Assembly (NCBI GenBank): GCA_016720655.1
Contig: JADKKE010000010.1
Span: 69,042-133,041 of the forward strand
From: Bacteroidota bacterium
Lineage (GTDB): Bacteria; Bacteroidota; Bacteroidia; AKYH767-A; 2013-40CM-41-45
DNA length: 64,000 bases
Reading direction: 5' to 3'
Both the position numbers and the translations under genes were made by a program. Positions 30,426-41,703 of this stretch are shown here, in pieces (position 1 is the first letter of the stretch; each line of letters opens with the position of its first letter). A model generated the notes under the pieces. That model had not been told where the DNA came from. It did no database searches and saw only the letters and a program-made list of their open reading frames with translations.

Positions 30426-31675
30426 ATGTTAATATTGGTAAAAGAAAAAATATTCACAATAAAATTGTTTCATTTGCTTTATGAATCCTCCTCCATACTC
30501 AGAGCATGTCAAACATTGGCAACTCAATTCCAATCTGTTTTTTTAAATCACGGCTCTTTTGGCGCAACTCCGAAGATTGTGTTGCAAAAGCAATCGGAAT
30601 ACAGAAATCAAATGGAATTGGATCCTGTCCGGTTCATGATAGATGATCTTGAAAATTTGCTCTGGAATTCTAAGGAACAGCTTGCCCTTCTGGTGGGAGC
30701 AAAAGCTAAAGATTTGGTTTTTGTAAACAATGCGACCACAGGTGTCAACACAGTATTGTTCAACCTGAAGATTAAACAGGGTGATGAATTTCTAACACAC
30801 AATCACGCTTATGGCGCATGCAAAAATGCGCTTGTTCATTATGCCGAAAAACATGGGATCAATGTGCAAGTAGCAGAAGTCCCTTTTCCCCTGAATTCAG
30901 AAGATGAAATTATTGAAGCATTTGTAAAAAAATAAATAGCAAAACGCGCTTTGCATTAATCGACCATATCACTTCGGCAACAGGGTTAATTTTCCCGGTA
31001 AAAAAATTAACCGGAATTCTCCAGGAAAAAGGCATTGAAGTGTTGATCGATGGCGCCCATGCTCCGGGGATGATCGATCTCAACCTCGAAGATATCGGAG
31101 CTGAATATTATACCGGGAATTGTCACAAATGGATTTGTTCTCCGAAAGGTTCAGCAATGCTCCACGTCCGTGCTGATAAGCAGGCAAACTTCCATCCTGT
31201 TTTCACCAGTCATACCTATGATAAACCGGTGGGAGAAAAACGCTGGTCCTCCCAATTCATCTGGGCCGGGACAAGTGATTTCACTCCATACATAAGTATC
31301 GGAGATGCCATCCAATTTGGTGGCTCTCTCATGAACGACTGGCAAACACTTCGTGCCCACAACCACGATCTTACCATTAAAGGAAGAAATATCCTTTTAA
31401 AAGTATTGGACGTCCCGGCACCTGTTCCTGATCACATGCTCGGCTCCTTATCTACTATTCCTTTGCCATTTGCTTATGAACAACCTTCTCACTTTTTCCA
31501 TAACACGCATCCCTTTGGCAAAACGCTCTACGATCAATTCAAAATCCAAATCCCCATCCACGCCTGGCCAGAGAACAATACCCGGATGTGGATCCGCATT
31601 TCAGCTCAAACCTACAATTCAATTGAGCAATACGAATACCTTGGAGAAGCATTAAAAACCTTGCTGAAGCTCTGA
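30426..31675 (+). pseudogene. Class-V PLP-dependent aminotransferase (isopenicillin-N-epimerase-like), split by a +/-1 frameshift at an A8 run near 30918..30935
   Basis: ORF 30426..30935 (..LNHGSFGATPKIV..) and ORF 31040..31675 (..LIDGAHAPGM...GNCHKW, PLP-binding Lys) are joined by an out-of-frame stretch that reads KTRFALIDHITSATGLIFPVKKL. Confidence 0.7.
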
Positions 31676-31679
31676 TTTC

Positions 31680-31795
31680 ATCAGTTCACCCAAAAAAAAA
31701 TTCGTGCATTCGTGGCAAAAAAATAAATGGTGCTATTCATCAGGTCACCAAAAAAATATTCGTGCATTCGTGGCAAAAAAAATTCGTGCTTGACT
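31680..31795. repeat. Direct repeat (2.3 copies of about 55 bp) with the core tcacc-A7-9-attcgtgcattcgtggc-A7-8
   Basis: Read directly. It lies between two convergent genes. Confidence 0.7.
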
Positions 31796-33620
31796 ACTGC
31801 TTCCCTATCCAATAATTCAACAGCGCCACCCGCCACACCAAATTTGCATGCACATTCTCCCCCGCTTTAAAATCAGCAATGAGCTTGGTGGTTTTTTGAT
31901 GATGCAAATGGTCGAGTTTTCGGAAATCGTCTTCGAGTAAAAACTTTAGTGGCCCACGCAGCCATTTTACTTCGCCGGGAGTTACAAACCCTTTTTTGTC
32001 TTTGCGGTTAACAATCGCATCCGGCATAATACCCTTCATGGCTTTCCGTAAAATACTTTTCGTCTCCCCTTTGTGGATCAGATCATCATCATTCAGGGAA
32101 AAAGCAAACTCCACCAAACGATGATCTAAAAATGGAACACGTGATTCAATGCTAAAAGCCATACTGTTGCGGTCTTCGAATTGCAAAAGAGTGGGCAAAG
32201 ATGTTGTAAAAAGTAAATGATATAAAAACTGCTTCAGCGGACTTTCATTCCGCTTCTTCAGGTGAAAAGGAATATCCTGATCCGGACCGAGGAAGGGAAA
32301 ATAACTTTTGTACTCGAGTCCGTACGCTTTTTGTTCAGGCATCATGGCAGTCACCATACTCTTCATTAGAACATCCCTTTTCTTTGTTGCACTCATTCCC
32401 TGCATGCGTGCGTGTGCATTCAAAACAGAGAAACCTTTCAAAGGATGCATAGAACTGAAGTGTCCGCCGATGAGACGATAGAACGAATGCATATAACCTC
32501 CCAGGAATTCATCACTGCCCTGTCCGTCGAGTACGACTTTGATTTTGTTTTGTGCTGCCAGTTCCATCACAAAATATTGCGACAAAGGAGAAGATCCGGC
32601 TATGGGTACATCCGCATGATAAATTGCACGTTCGAAGGAATCTGTAATTTGTACATTTGAAGGCTTCATGAAATGAGGCTTCAGAACGGGGTATTTCTTA
32701 ATCACTTCATTTGCAAACGGACGTTCATCCACTTCATTCTCCCCATCATAATACACCGTAAACGTTTGAAAAGAAGAATCCGGGAATTCCATCGCAACTG
32801 CCGAGGCAATTGCTGAGCTATCTAAGCCACCACTCAGGCAAGCTCCTACTTCTACATCGCTCCGCATGTGCAAACGAATACTATCCAAAAACAATTCCCG
32901 GAAGCGTTCCGCTTTCTCCTCAATCGAACCCTTGAATGAATTGCCTTCCGGAATATCCCAGTATTTTTTCACTTCCAATTTCCCATTCCTGAAAATCAGA
33001 TTGCATGCCGCCGGCAAAGCGTGAATGGAATTAAAATATGTTTCATCAGCATAGGTGTTCCAACCGAGTTGCAATCCTCTGCTCACCTGTGCCCAGTTCA
33101 CTTCATTGGAAAATAATCGGGATGGTTTCAGTGCTTTGTATTCCGAGCCAAAATAAAAACGTTCTCCTTCGTGTAAATAAAAAAATGGTTTGATCCCGAA
33201 ACGATCGCGGGAACAAAACAAATATTTTTCTCTCAAATCCCAGATCGCAAAGGACCACATGCCAACAAAATGATCTACACAATGCTCGCCGTATTCCCGA
33301 AAGGCTGCAAGAATTACTTCTGTGTCGGAATGTGTACAAAAACGATAACCCTTTGCAGCCAGATTGTCCCGAATTTCTTTGTAATTGTAAATCTCTCCGT
33401 TAAATACAATGCTTGCATCAAAATAATGCATGGGTTGGTTCCCATCTTCACTGAGGTCGATAATACTCAGACGATTGTGTCCAAGTGCCATGGCTTCATG
33501 AAAATACGTCCCTCTCGCATCCGGACCGCGATGGGAAATGGCTTGCAGCATCTTTTCCAGAAGTGCAGGCGCATCCTCGGAGGAGATTTTTGGGTCAATG
33601 AAGCCGGCTATTCCGCACAC
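31794..33620 (-). CDS. asnB: Asparagine synthase (glutamine-hydrolysing), class-II amidotransferase
   Basis: 608 aa. N-terminal catalytic Cys (MCGIAGFIDPK), and a synthetase domain with SGGLDSS. Confidence 0.9.
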   Translation of the reverse strand: MCGIAGFIDPKISSEDAPALLEKMLQAISHRGPDARGTYFHEAMALGHNRLSIIDLSEDGNQPMHYFDASIVFNGEIYNYKEIRDNLAAKGYRFCTHSDTEVILAAFREYGEHCVDHFVGMWSFAIWDLREKYLFCSRDRFGIKPFFYLHEGERFYFGSEYKALKPSRLFSNEVNWAQVSRGLQLGWNTYADETYFNSIHALPAACNLIFRNGKLEVKKYWDIPEGNSFKGSIEEKAERFRELFLDSIRLHMRSDVEVGACLSGGLDSSAIASAVAMEFPDSSFQTFTVYYDGENEVDERPFANEVIKKYPVLKPHFMKPSNVQITDSFERAIYHADVPIAGSSPLSQYFVMELAAQNKIKVVLDGQGSDEFLGGYMHSFYRLIGGHFSSMHPLKGFSVLNAHARMQGMSATKKRDVLMKSMVTAMMPEQKAYGLEYKSYFPFLGPDQDIPFHLKKRNESPLKQFLYHLLFTTSLPTLLQFEDRNSMAFSIESRVPFLDHRLVEFAFSLNDDDLIHKGETKSILRKAMKGIMPDAIVNRKDKKGFVTPGEVKWLRGPLKFLLEDDFRKLDHLHHQKTTKLIADFKAGENVHANLVWRVALLNYWIGKQ

Positions 33621-33621
33621 T

Positions 33622-33700
33622 GTTGTTAGGTTATTGAGTTATTGGGTTATTAAGTTATTAAGTTATTGAGTTATTAAGTTATTGGGCTAAGGTCGGATAA
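33622..33700. repeat. Nonanucleotide tandem repeat (gttattrag/gttattggg), about 8 copies
   Basis: Read directly. It starts immediately after the asnB start codon region and is C-free on the plus strand. Confidence 0.9.
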
Positions 33701-33746
33701 ATATCGTAGGGCTTGCGTATGCATGACATTTGGTTTGTCACTTAGA

Positions 33747-35051
33747 TCAGGGGATATTGTTTAATACTCCTGCCAGTTTTCTTGTTAGTTCCTTTCGCGA
33801 ATATTTTTCAACTTCCGCGTTTCCATCACGGAAGGAAAAATTTTGTTGCCAGCGATTTACTGCATCCATCAACCACATCTCGATTTCCTTCTCTTGTTGG
33901 CGATCAAACATTTTTCCGGCATTGCACTCTGCAAGGATTTGAGCTGCATCGCCATTGGACGGACCGATACCCAGAACCGGTCTTCTGGCTCCGATGTACT
34001 CAAACAATTTCCCGGTGAGAATACCTTTGTCATTCTTCACATCCGGAATAACGAGTAACAAAATACTTGATTCCTGCATGTATAGAATAGCCTGCTCATG
34101 GGAAACATGACCAATAATTTCAACTTTTTCTTTCAAATTATTTTCATCAATACATTGAGTCACCTGCCCGGAAATACTGCCGACAAAACGAATTTTCATT
34201 GGCACATTCGGATTTTTATCCAAAACTTTTTTGAAAGTAGAAAAGAATATTTCCGGATTGTAAGAATCTGCAATCGTTCCAACATAGGTAATCAGAAATT
34301 TATCTTTACAAGGCTCAACTCCTGTCTTGAAATCAACAGAATCATAGCCGTTGGGAATCACATGGATTTTATTTTGATCTAATGATTTCGATTTCTGCAG
34401 AAACAATCTTTTGAGGTCATTGCTAACCACAATTGCAGCAGAGCATTGTTCCAAAACTGTTTTTTCCAGATTCTGATCTTTCTTCTTCGCCAATGCCGTA
34501 TGAAGCATATCCTTGTAATAATAAATATCCGTCCAGGGATCGCGCATGTCAGCGATCCAGTGCAGGTTTGGATATTGCTTTTTCAAGGCTAGTCCGATCA
34601 GTTGAGAACTGTGGGGCGGACTGGAAATTACAATAGTATCGATTTTATTTTCGCTGAGTATCCGGCTTGCTGTTTTCACTGCATATTTTACCCAGCCTTT
34701 TCGTGCATCCGGAATAAAAAAGTTACCCCGAATGAATCGCAAAATCTTTTGAGACAATTTCTCTTTGCCCGGGTTTGCAAAACCACCGTAAGGAATACTT
34801 TTCTTGCTGCCGACTTTGGATAAAATTTGCAAAGGTTCAAAAGAATCCGTCCTGTGAATTTCAATTCCGGATGGAATTTCCGCAAGCAAAGTATCATCCA
34901 AAAGCGGATACGATGCTTGCTTCTCGTCAACAGTAAGGACGGTTGCCTGAACCTGAAATTCTGAAAGGTACTTCACAAACTTAAGCGATCTCTGTACACC
35001 CGCTCCCCCGCTGGGAGGCCAGTAATAGGTGATGTACAGGATTTTTTTCAT
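33747..35051 (-). CDS. Glycosyltransferase (GT4-like)
   Basis: 434 aa. N-terminus MKKILYITYYWPPSGGAGVQRSLKFVKYL, and a C-terminal GT-B like half. It sits in a cluster with asnB and the YfhO-like gene. Confidence 0.6.
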   Translation of the reverse strand: MKKILYITYYWPPSGGAGVQRSLKFVKYLSEFQVQATVLTVDEKQASYPLLDDTLLAEIPSGIEIHRTDSFEPLQILSKVGSKKSIPYGGFANPGKEKLSQKILRFIRGNFFIPDARKGWVKYAVKTASRILSENKIDTIVISSPPHSSQLIGLALKKQYPNLHWIADMRDPWTDIYYYKDMLHTALAKKKDQNLEKTVLEQCSAAIVVSNDLKRLFLQKSKSLDQNKIHVIPNGYDSVDFKTGVEPCKDKFLITYVGTIADSYNPEIFFSTFKKVLDKNPNVPMKIRFVGSISGQVTQCIDENNLKEKVEIIGHVSHEQAILYMQESSILLLVIPDVKNDKGILTGKLFEYIGARRPVLGIGPSNGDAAQILAECNAGKMFDRQQEKEIEMWLMDAVNRWQQNFSFRDGNAEVEKYSRKELTRKLAGVLNNIP

Positions 35052-35093
35052 TCGCTTGGATCAAATTGATGAAACAGAATTGTCGGAAAATAA

Positions 35094-37577
35094 TTACGCA
35101 GCCTTCGCTTGCTTATTATTTTTCCATTCCATCCAGCCCATTCCGCCAACAAGCAGCAACAACAAAGCAGAACTTGCCAAAGCAATCTTCTCTCCTGTCT
35201 GCACCACTTGCGGTTCGAATTTCCATTCAACCGTATGAGTACCTGCAGGAACCCGCATGCCACGCAAAACATAGTTTACCCGTGCATACGGCATGAGTTT
35301 ACCGTCTACATACGCATTCCATCCTTTGTCATAATATATTTCGGAAAATACAGCAAACTGCTCGACATTCGATTTCATTGCATAGACCAAATGATTGGGT
35401 TCATATTTAGTAAGCACAATGGAAGCAGCAGAATCAGCACCCGGCTGGAGTCCGCTCAACTGATCTTTGAAACGTTCATCAACAACTGCAGTGTGCGCAG
35501 GATCAAATGAACGCAAAGCAGCAATTTCAGAATCCGCATTTGCAACCACTTTGAATTCATTTACAAACCATGCATTTCCGAAGGCTCCCGGATTTAACAA
35601 GGGTGCTGCGTCCGGATTGTAGATCATGTACTTTGTATTCAGCATATTTAAAGCAGGCTGACTACTCAATACACGAAGAAAAGATGAATCCCCTTTTTGC
35701 ATTCCCATTTTGAGTGCGCTCAATTCAGGTGTGAGACTGTAGTCGATCAGTTCTTTGTAACGCTTTAATTTAGCTCCATGGTATCCGCCTATCGACTGAT
35801 GATAATAAGATGTAGATGCATCATTAAACACATTGGCTGCAAGATTTAATACTCTGTAACTTTGAGTCGTATCCTGCTTAATAATCTGATCAGCCTGTGT
35901 CATTGGAAAAGGAATTACATTGGCAGATTTTTTTACATAATCCTCTGTCAACAAATAACGTTTTCCAACTGTTGCCAGGTCCATGACAACGAGAAACATT
36001 AATCCGTACACAAATATTTCTTTCGAATACCTGTACCGTAAAAATGTCCAGATGAGTGCGCAAGCCAGCAGGATAAACATAAAACTACGGATAGCATCAC
36101 TGGTGACAATGTGTTTGCGTGCTTCTGAAAGATTGCTGAAGAAACCATCAATCACATCCTGTCCGATATTTTTTCCCTGAACAGAGGCAGTAACCTGATC
36201 GTATTCTGTCGGCGTGTAAAAAGAAGTGAACATGCCCGGCGCAATACACATCACACCCACAATTGCAAGAACACCGATCAATGTGTAATTGATTTGCTTT
36301 TTATACTTCGCAAAGAAATCCGTTTCCTTTACCATTCTGTCGACTGCCAGAATCGCCAGCAATGGAAATGTAAATTCAAGAATGATCAGTGTGGTAGTAA
36401 CGGCCCTGAATTTATCGTAGCCGGGAACATTGTCGAGAAAGAAATTGGTGAAGGACATGAAATTTTTTCCCCAGGCCAGAAATAGAAACAGCACTGTTGA
36501 GGCCAGCAACCACCATTTCATCGGACCTTTCACGACAAACAAACCGATTACAAATAATAAACAAACAATAGCCCCAAGATACAAAGGTCCGCCAACGAAA
36601 GGCTGATCACCAAAATAGGCACTGAACTGCGCAATGTTTTGCTTGTAATTATCATCAAGTCCTTTTAAAGCGTCTTTATTATTCTTTGCAATTCCTTCAC
36701 TCGCTCCTCCTTTAAAATCCGGAACCAGAAACGTCCAGCTTTCTCCTACACCATAACTCCAGTCTGTGATATAATCTCTGTCAAGACCTGTCGTCTGATT
36801 TTCTTTATCTGCTTTGAGTTCAGATGGACCACGTGTGGAATATTTCCCGTATTCCTGCGTCGCCCATAAATTTGTAATGTTGGTGGCCACAGCAAGCAAT
36901 GCCATCACACCAAGAACAACCGTAGCTTTTCCAAATTGCGCCAATCTCTTTTCTTTGAATGCTGTATACATCTCTGCAATCCCAAGCATTACAACCATGA
37001 GCATGAGGTAATAGGTGATCTGCAGGTGATTCGCGTTCAGTTCCAATGCAAGGAAGAGACCTGTGAGCGCGGCTCCCAACCACATTCGTCCCCGATACGT
37101 CATGATGATACCGGCGATTACCGGAGCCATGTATCCTATCGCATGAACTTTGGAATTATGTCCGGTGACAAGGAAAATAATGAGATAGGAACTAAAAGCA
37201 AATGCAAAAGATCCGATCATCGCAACACGTGAATCTACTTTCAATGTAATTAAGAGAAAATAAAACCCGATCAGAAACAAGAAAAATAAATTCGCCGGAG
37301 CCGGAAGAAACAAGATAGCCTTGTCAATGTATTGAATGAGGTTCGCACCATAAATTGCAGAGATTTGGTATCCCGGCATACCTCCAAACATAGAATTCGT
37401 CCAGTAAATATGCTCCCCCGTTTTCTCCTGGAAACTGATAATCTCCTGAGACATTCCTTTCCAGTTGTTGATATCACTTTGCTTTAATTCTTTGCCTTCC
37501 AGTAGTGGGAAAAAGTAAATAAATGTGATGACCAGAAAAGCGACAATGGCAATAATGTGAGGCAGGAGTTTTTTCAT
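35094..37577 (-). CDS. YfhO-like polytopic membrane protein (putative GT-C type glycosyltransferase)
   Basis: 827 aa with more than 12 predicted TM segments and a C-terminal soluble domain. The N-terminus MKKLLPHIIAIVAFLVITFIYFFPLL...WTNSMFGGMPGYQI is typical of the Bacteroidota YfhO family. Confidence 0.55.
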   Translation of the reverse strand: MKKLLPHIIAIVAFLVITFIYFFPLLEGKELKQSDINNWKGMSQEIISFQEKTGEHIYWTNSMFGGMPGYQISAIYGANLIQYIDKAILFLPAPANLFFLFLIGFYFLLITLKVDSRVAMIGSFAFAFSSYLIIFLVTGHNSKVHAIGYMAPVIAGIIMTYRGRMWLGAALTGLFLALELNANHLQITYYLMLMVVMLGIAEMYTAFKEKRLAQFGKATVVLGVMALLAVATNITNLWATQEYGKYSTRGPSELKADKENQTTGLDRDYITDWSYGVGESWTFLVPDFKGGASEGIAKNNKDALKGLDDNYKQNIAQFSAYFGDQPFVGGPLYLGAIVCLLFVIGLFVVKGPMKWWLLASTVLFLFLAWGKNFMSFTNFFLDNVPGYDKFRAVTTTLIILEFTFPLLAILAVDRMVKETDFFAKYKKQINYTLIGVLAIVGVMCIAPGMFTSFYTPTEYDQVTASVQGKNIGQDVIDGFFSNLSEARKHIVTSDAIRSFMFILLACALIWTFLRYRYSKEIFVYGLMFLVVMDLATVGKRYLLTEDYVKKSANVIPFPMTQADQIIKQDTTQSYRVLNLAANVFNDASTSYYHQSIGGYHGAKLKRYKELIDYSLTPELSALKMGMQKGDSSFLRVLSSQPALNMLNTKYMIYNPDAAPLLNPGAFGNAWFVNEFKVVANADSEIAALRSFDPAHTAVVDERFKDQLSGLQPGADSAASIVLTKYEPNHLVYAMKSNVEQFAVFSEIYYDKGWNAYVDGKLMPYARVNYVLRGMRVPAGTHTVEWKFEPQVVQTGEKIALASSALLLLLVGGMGWMEWKNNKQAKAA

Positions 37578-37605
37578 ATGGCGGTTTTGGTTGGCTAATT
37601 TTCAG

Positions 37606-37776
37606 CGAATGCTGTATAAAGTATAAAGTATAAAGTATAAGGTTCTGTGTTTTAGAACGCTCGTTGATTGCTTACATGATTTCAATTTATTCATAAATAC
37701 TGTTAGTGTAATGCATAAAATAAATTCCCTCCGACATCCTACCTTATACTTTATACCTTATACCTAATACCTTCAT
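37606..37776. repeat. Inverted pair of heptamer tandem repeats, (gtataaa/g) x4 and its reverse complement, bracketing about 95 bp of the promoter region
   Basis: gtataaagtataaagtataaagtataagg at 37606-37634, and ccttatactttataccttatacctaatacc at 37740-37770. Confidence 0.85.
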
Positions 37777-37793
37777 CATCAAACGCTCTTCAA

Positions 37794-38033
37794 TCACGGG
37801 AGCTCCTCAAAATCGACATACTCCCCCTCATCCTTCAACTTCTTCTTATCCTTGGGAATATTTTCAACATAAACTTTGCCTTCTTCTTTTCGTTTTTTCT
37901 CTTCCATCTCCTGACGGTTCATGAAATTATCTGCAGCTTTATTGAAAGCATTATAGGAACTAAAGAACACAAATCTCCTTATAGCACTGAAGAAGACAAT
38001 GAGAAGAATGGCGACAATGAGGAATTCTTGCAT
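37794..38033 (-). CDS. Small membrane protein, DUF4834-like
   Basis: 79 aa with an N-terminal TM segment, a Lys/Glu-rich linker and a C-terminal GEYVDFEEL motif. Confidence 0.45.
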   Translation of the reverse strand: MQEFLIVAILLIVFFSAIRRFVFFSSYNAFNKAADNFMNRQEMEEKKRKEEGKVYVENIPKDKKKLKDEGEYVDFEELP

Positions 38034-38116
38034 GGTAATTAATTTTCCTTTGCGTTCTCTGTCCTATCGGGAAGAACTATTTCTCGTCACAATGGGACAG
38101 AGGACGCAAAAGATTT

Positions 38117-40933
38117 TTATCGTGAGAGATACAGATTACGCTCTAAATAAACTTTCTGAAAGAAATCATCTTCAAGATCATCAATGAAGTAAATCGCTTC
38201 GCCGGTAGATTTCATTTCAGGGCCTAATTCTTTGTTGACATCAAGAAATTTATCGAAAGAAAAGACAGGGACTTTAATTGCATATCCCTTTTTCTTTGGA
38301 GAAAATTTGAAGTCTTTGATTTTGTTTACACCCAACATCACTTTTGTTGCGTAATTCACATAGGGTTCATCGTATGCTTTGGCAATGAATGGAACCGTTC
38401 GTGAAGCACGCGGATTTGCTTCAATCACATAGACGATCTCATTCTTGATGGCAAACTGAATATTGATCAATCCTTTCACCTGCATCGCCAATGCTATCTT
38501 TCGTGTGATGGCATCCATCTGCTGGAGAACATTGTCGCTCAAATCAAATGGAGGAAGAACGGCATTGCTGTCGCCACTGTGAATTCCTGCCGGTTCGATG
38601 TGTTCCATCATTCCGATGATATACACATCTTCCCCGTCACAAATTGCATCTGCTTCCGCTTCTATGGCTTTCTCCAGAAAATGATCCAGAAGAATTTTGT
38701 TATCTGGTATGTCTTGCAGAATTTTAATCACATGCGTTTCCAACTCTTCCACATTGATCACAATCTTCATGCTTTGTCCGCCCAAGACATAACTCGGACG
38801 AACCAATAATGGAAAACCAAGATCTTTCGACAGTCCAACCAACTGATCTGAATTTTCTACCACTCCAAATTTCGGATAAGGAATATTCAGGTCTCTGAGT
38901 AATGTTGAGAATTGTCCGCGGTCTTCGGCAAGATCCAGGGATTCGAATGTGGTACCTATAATTTTGATGCCGTATTTATTTAATTTCTCTGCAAGCTTCA
39001 ATGCTGTTTGTCCGCCGAGCTGAACAATGACACCTTCCGGTTTTTCATGTTCGATGATCTCGTAAATATGTTCCCAGAAAACCGGTTCGAAATAAAGTTT
39101 GTCTGCAATATCAAAATCCGTCGACACAGTTTCCGGATTGCAATTGATCATGATGGTTTCATAGCCCGCTTCTTTCGCAGCAAGAACACCATGCACACAA
39201 CTGTAATCGAATTCTATCCCCTGCCCGATTCTATTCGGTCCTGAACCAAGAATCACAATTTTCTTTTTGTTGGTAGAGACGCTTTCATTCTCTTCATCGA
39301 ATGTTGAATAAAAATACGGCGTCATCGCTTCGAATTCCGCTGCGCAGGTGTCTACCATTTTCCAAACGCGACGAATGCCGAGATCCTTGCGTTTCTTAAA
39401 AATCTGACTCTCCAGACAACGTAACAAATGCGCAACCTGACGATCAGCGTACCCTTTTTTCTTTGCTTCCATGAGCAAAGCATTGGGTATCGTCTCAACA
39501 GTATATTTCTCGATTTCTTTTTCGAGCTCGATCAGTTCTTCGATTTGTCGAAGGAACCAGGGATCGATCTTGGTAAGTTTCTGAATTGTGTTGAACGAAA
39601 TACCAAGTTTGAAAGCATCATAGATATGGAACAAACGATTCCATCTCGGTCTTTCCAGACTGTCAAGAATTTCTTCCTGGTCACGGATCTCACGACCATC
39701 GGCGCCGAGTCCGTTACGTTTGATCTCGAGCGACTGACAAGCTTTTTGCAAAGCTTCCTGGAAACAACGTCCGATTCCCATGGCTTCACCAACAGATTTC
39801 ATTTGCAATCCCAGGTGACGGTCGCTGCCTTTGAACTTATCAAAATTCCACCGCGGAACTTTTACAATCACATAATCCAGTGTTGGTTCAAAAAACGCGG
39901 AAGTACTTTTTGTAATCTGATTTTTTATTTCATCGAGATGATAACCGATAGCAAGCTTCGCAGCGATTTTTGCAATCGGATAGCCGGTAGCTTTTGATGC
40001 AAGTGCCGAAGAACGTGAAACACGCGGATTAATTTCGATAACAATTATTTCTTCTTCGTTATCCGGATTTACCGAAAACTGAATGTTACAACCACCCGCA
40101 AAATTTCCAATCCCATTCATGCAAAGGATCGCGAGATCACGCATTTTTTGGTAGGTCACATCCGAGAGCGTCATCGCGGGAGCCACAGTGATAGAGTCAC
40201 CCGTATGAATTCCCATCGGATCAAAATTTTCGATGGAACAAATGATGATCACATTCCCGGCCGCATCGCGCAACAATTCCAATTCAAATTCCTTCCAGCC
40301 CGAAATCGATTGTTCGATCAAAACTTCGTGAACAGGAGAAGCATGCAAACCACGATTCAAAAAACTATCGAATTCTTCTTTTGTATGCACAAACCCGCCG
40401 CCCGTTCCACCGAGTGTAAAAGACGGACGAATCACCAATGGAAACCCAATTTCCTGTGCGATCTCTTTGCCTTCGAGAAATGATGTTGCCGTTCTGCCTT
40501 TGCACACACCCGCACCAAGTTCCAACATACGCAAGCGGAATTTCTCCCGGTCTTCCGTCATGTTGATCGCGTCAATATCGACACCAATAATTTTCACACC
40601 ATAACGATCCCAGATCCCCGACTTCTGACATTCAATCGCGAGGTTCAAAGCAGTTTGTCCGCCCATCGTTGGAAGCACCGCATCAATCTTATGCTTCTCC
40701 AGAATTTCGATGATGGATTTTTTTGTCAGCGGCTTGAGGTAAATATTATCAGCCGTCACCTTATCCGTCATGATCGTTGCCGGATTTGAATTGATCAGGG
40801 TCACCTCGATGCCCTCTTCCTTGAGCGATCGTGAAGCCTGGGAACCTGAATAATCAAATTCACAAGCCTGTCCGATAATAATCGGACCGGAACCAATAAT
40901 AAGTACAGATTTTATAGAGAGATCACGGGGCAT
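38117..40933 (-). CDS. carB: Carbamoyl-phosphate synthase large subunit
   Basis: Two ATP-grasp halves ([22 protein letters not shown]; [17 protein letters not shown]). The likely start is [14 protein letters not shown] at 40933. There is no MGS-like tail. Confidence 0.9.
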   Translation of the reverse strand: MPRDLSIKSVLIIGSGPIIIGQACEFDYSGSQASRSLKEEGIEVTLINSNPATIMTDKVTADNIYLKPLTKKSIIEILEKHKIDAVLPTMGGQTALNLAIECQKSGIWDRYGVKIIGVDIDAINMTEDREKFRLRMLELGAGVCKGRTATSFLEGKEIAQEIGFPLVIRPSFTLGGTGGGFVHTKEEFDSFLNRGLHASPVHEVLIEQSISGWKEFELELLRDAAGNVIIICSIENFDPMGIHTGDSITVAPAMTLSDVTYQKMRDLAILCMNGIGNFAGGCNIQFSVNPDNEEEIIVIEINPRVSRSSALASKATGYPIAKIAAKLAIGYHLDEIKNQITKSTSAFFEPTLDYVIVKVPRWNFDKFKGSDRHLGLQMKSVGEAMGIGRCFQEALQKACQSLEIKRNGLGADGREIRDQEEILDSLERPRWNRLFHIYDAFKLGISFNTIQKLTKIDPWFLRQIEELIELEKEIEKYTVETIPNALLMEAKKKGYADRQVAHLLRCLESQIFKKRKDLGIRRVWKMVDTCAAEFEAMTPYFYSTFDEENESVSTNKKKIVILGSGPNRIGQGIEFDYSCVHGVLAAKEAGYETIMINCNPETVSTDFDIADKLYFEPVFWEHIYEIIEHEKPEGVIVQLGGQTALKLAEKLNKYGIKIIGTTFESLDLAEDRGQFSTLLRDLNIPYPKFGVVENSDQLVGLSKDLGFPLLVRPSYVLGGQSMKIVINVEELETHVIKILQDIPDNKILLDHFLEKAIEAEADAICDGEDVYIIGMMEHIEPAGIHSGDSNAVLPPFDLSDNVLQQMDAITRKIALAMQVKGLINIQFAIKNEIVYVIEANPRASRTVPFIAKAYDEPYVNYATKVMLGVNKIKDFKFSPKKKGYAIKVPVFSFDKFLDVNKELGPEMKSTGEAIYFIDDLEDDFFQKVYLERNLYLSR

Positions 40934-41703
40934 CGTAGAGGATAAGATTAATTGCCTAAAGGCCTGCTTTTTCGCCTGCAAAGGTAATTTTTTCCGCTGC
41001 TTAAGGAAGAAAAACTTATTGACAAAAAGTTATAATATGTTAATCTTAAGTCATTTGCAAAATCCCCTCTGTGCTCTCTGCGTCTTTGCGAGAAATTTTA
41101 TCGCGCAAAGTCGCAAAAGAGCGCAAAGATTTGGAACGAACCGCCGGCATTTCACTCCCGCCCTACCCGTGCTCCGCTCATTCTTCGCTCGCCCGGGGTT
41201 AGAATAATGAGTGTAACGCTCCTTAAAAGGTTCTAGTTTACAGCAGTTCCTTTATATTCTTAAAGATTAAAACCACTAAAATTTATACCCAGAGATAAAT
41301 TAAAAATTTAAATAAATTCCAATTATTTGAAGTGTAGGAAATAATGTATCTTGGTCAGAGGAATTGAAAAAAATACCATCTGTAAGTTTCGTAATCAAAT
41401 TTTTGAATTGTTCTTTCGAAGAAATCGATCAAAACAATAAATTAAATGAACATTAAAATACTTTATCTTTGCAAACTTAGAAGAAAATAAATGAACGTGT
41501 GGTTTCATTCTCATTCTTTCGATTTATATGCAAACAATTGCATAAACCCAACCAAAAACAGAGTATACGCAACGAGTTGCGTAAACATAACCGTTATGCG
41601 CAACTTTAACTCTTTCATAGTATTTTAGTAAAATAAATAAAAACTTAAAATATGGCATTGCAAACAGTTATTCCGTTAAGGCAGGTTCTTTTTCAAGCTT
41701 ACT

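Noticed and set aside
35109-35510. 133-aa plus-strand ORF inside the YfhO-like gene
   Set aside because: Antisense to a polytopic membrane protein gene.
39428-39997. 189-aa plus-strand ORF inside carB
   Set aside because: Antisense to carB.
41040-41100. Possible sigma-70-like promoter ttgaca-N17-taatct in front of the island
   Set aside because: Bacteroidota use TTTG / TAnnTTTG promoters. The match is to the wrong consensus and could be chance in AT-rich DNA.
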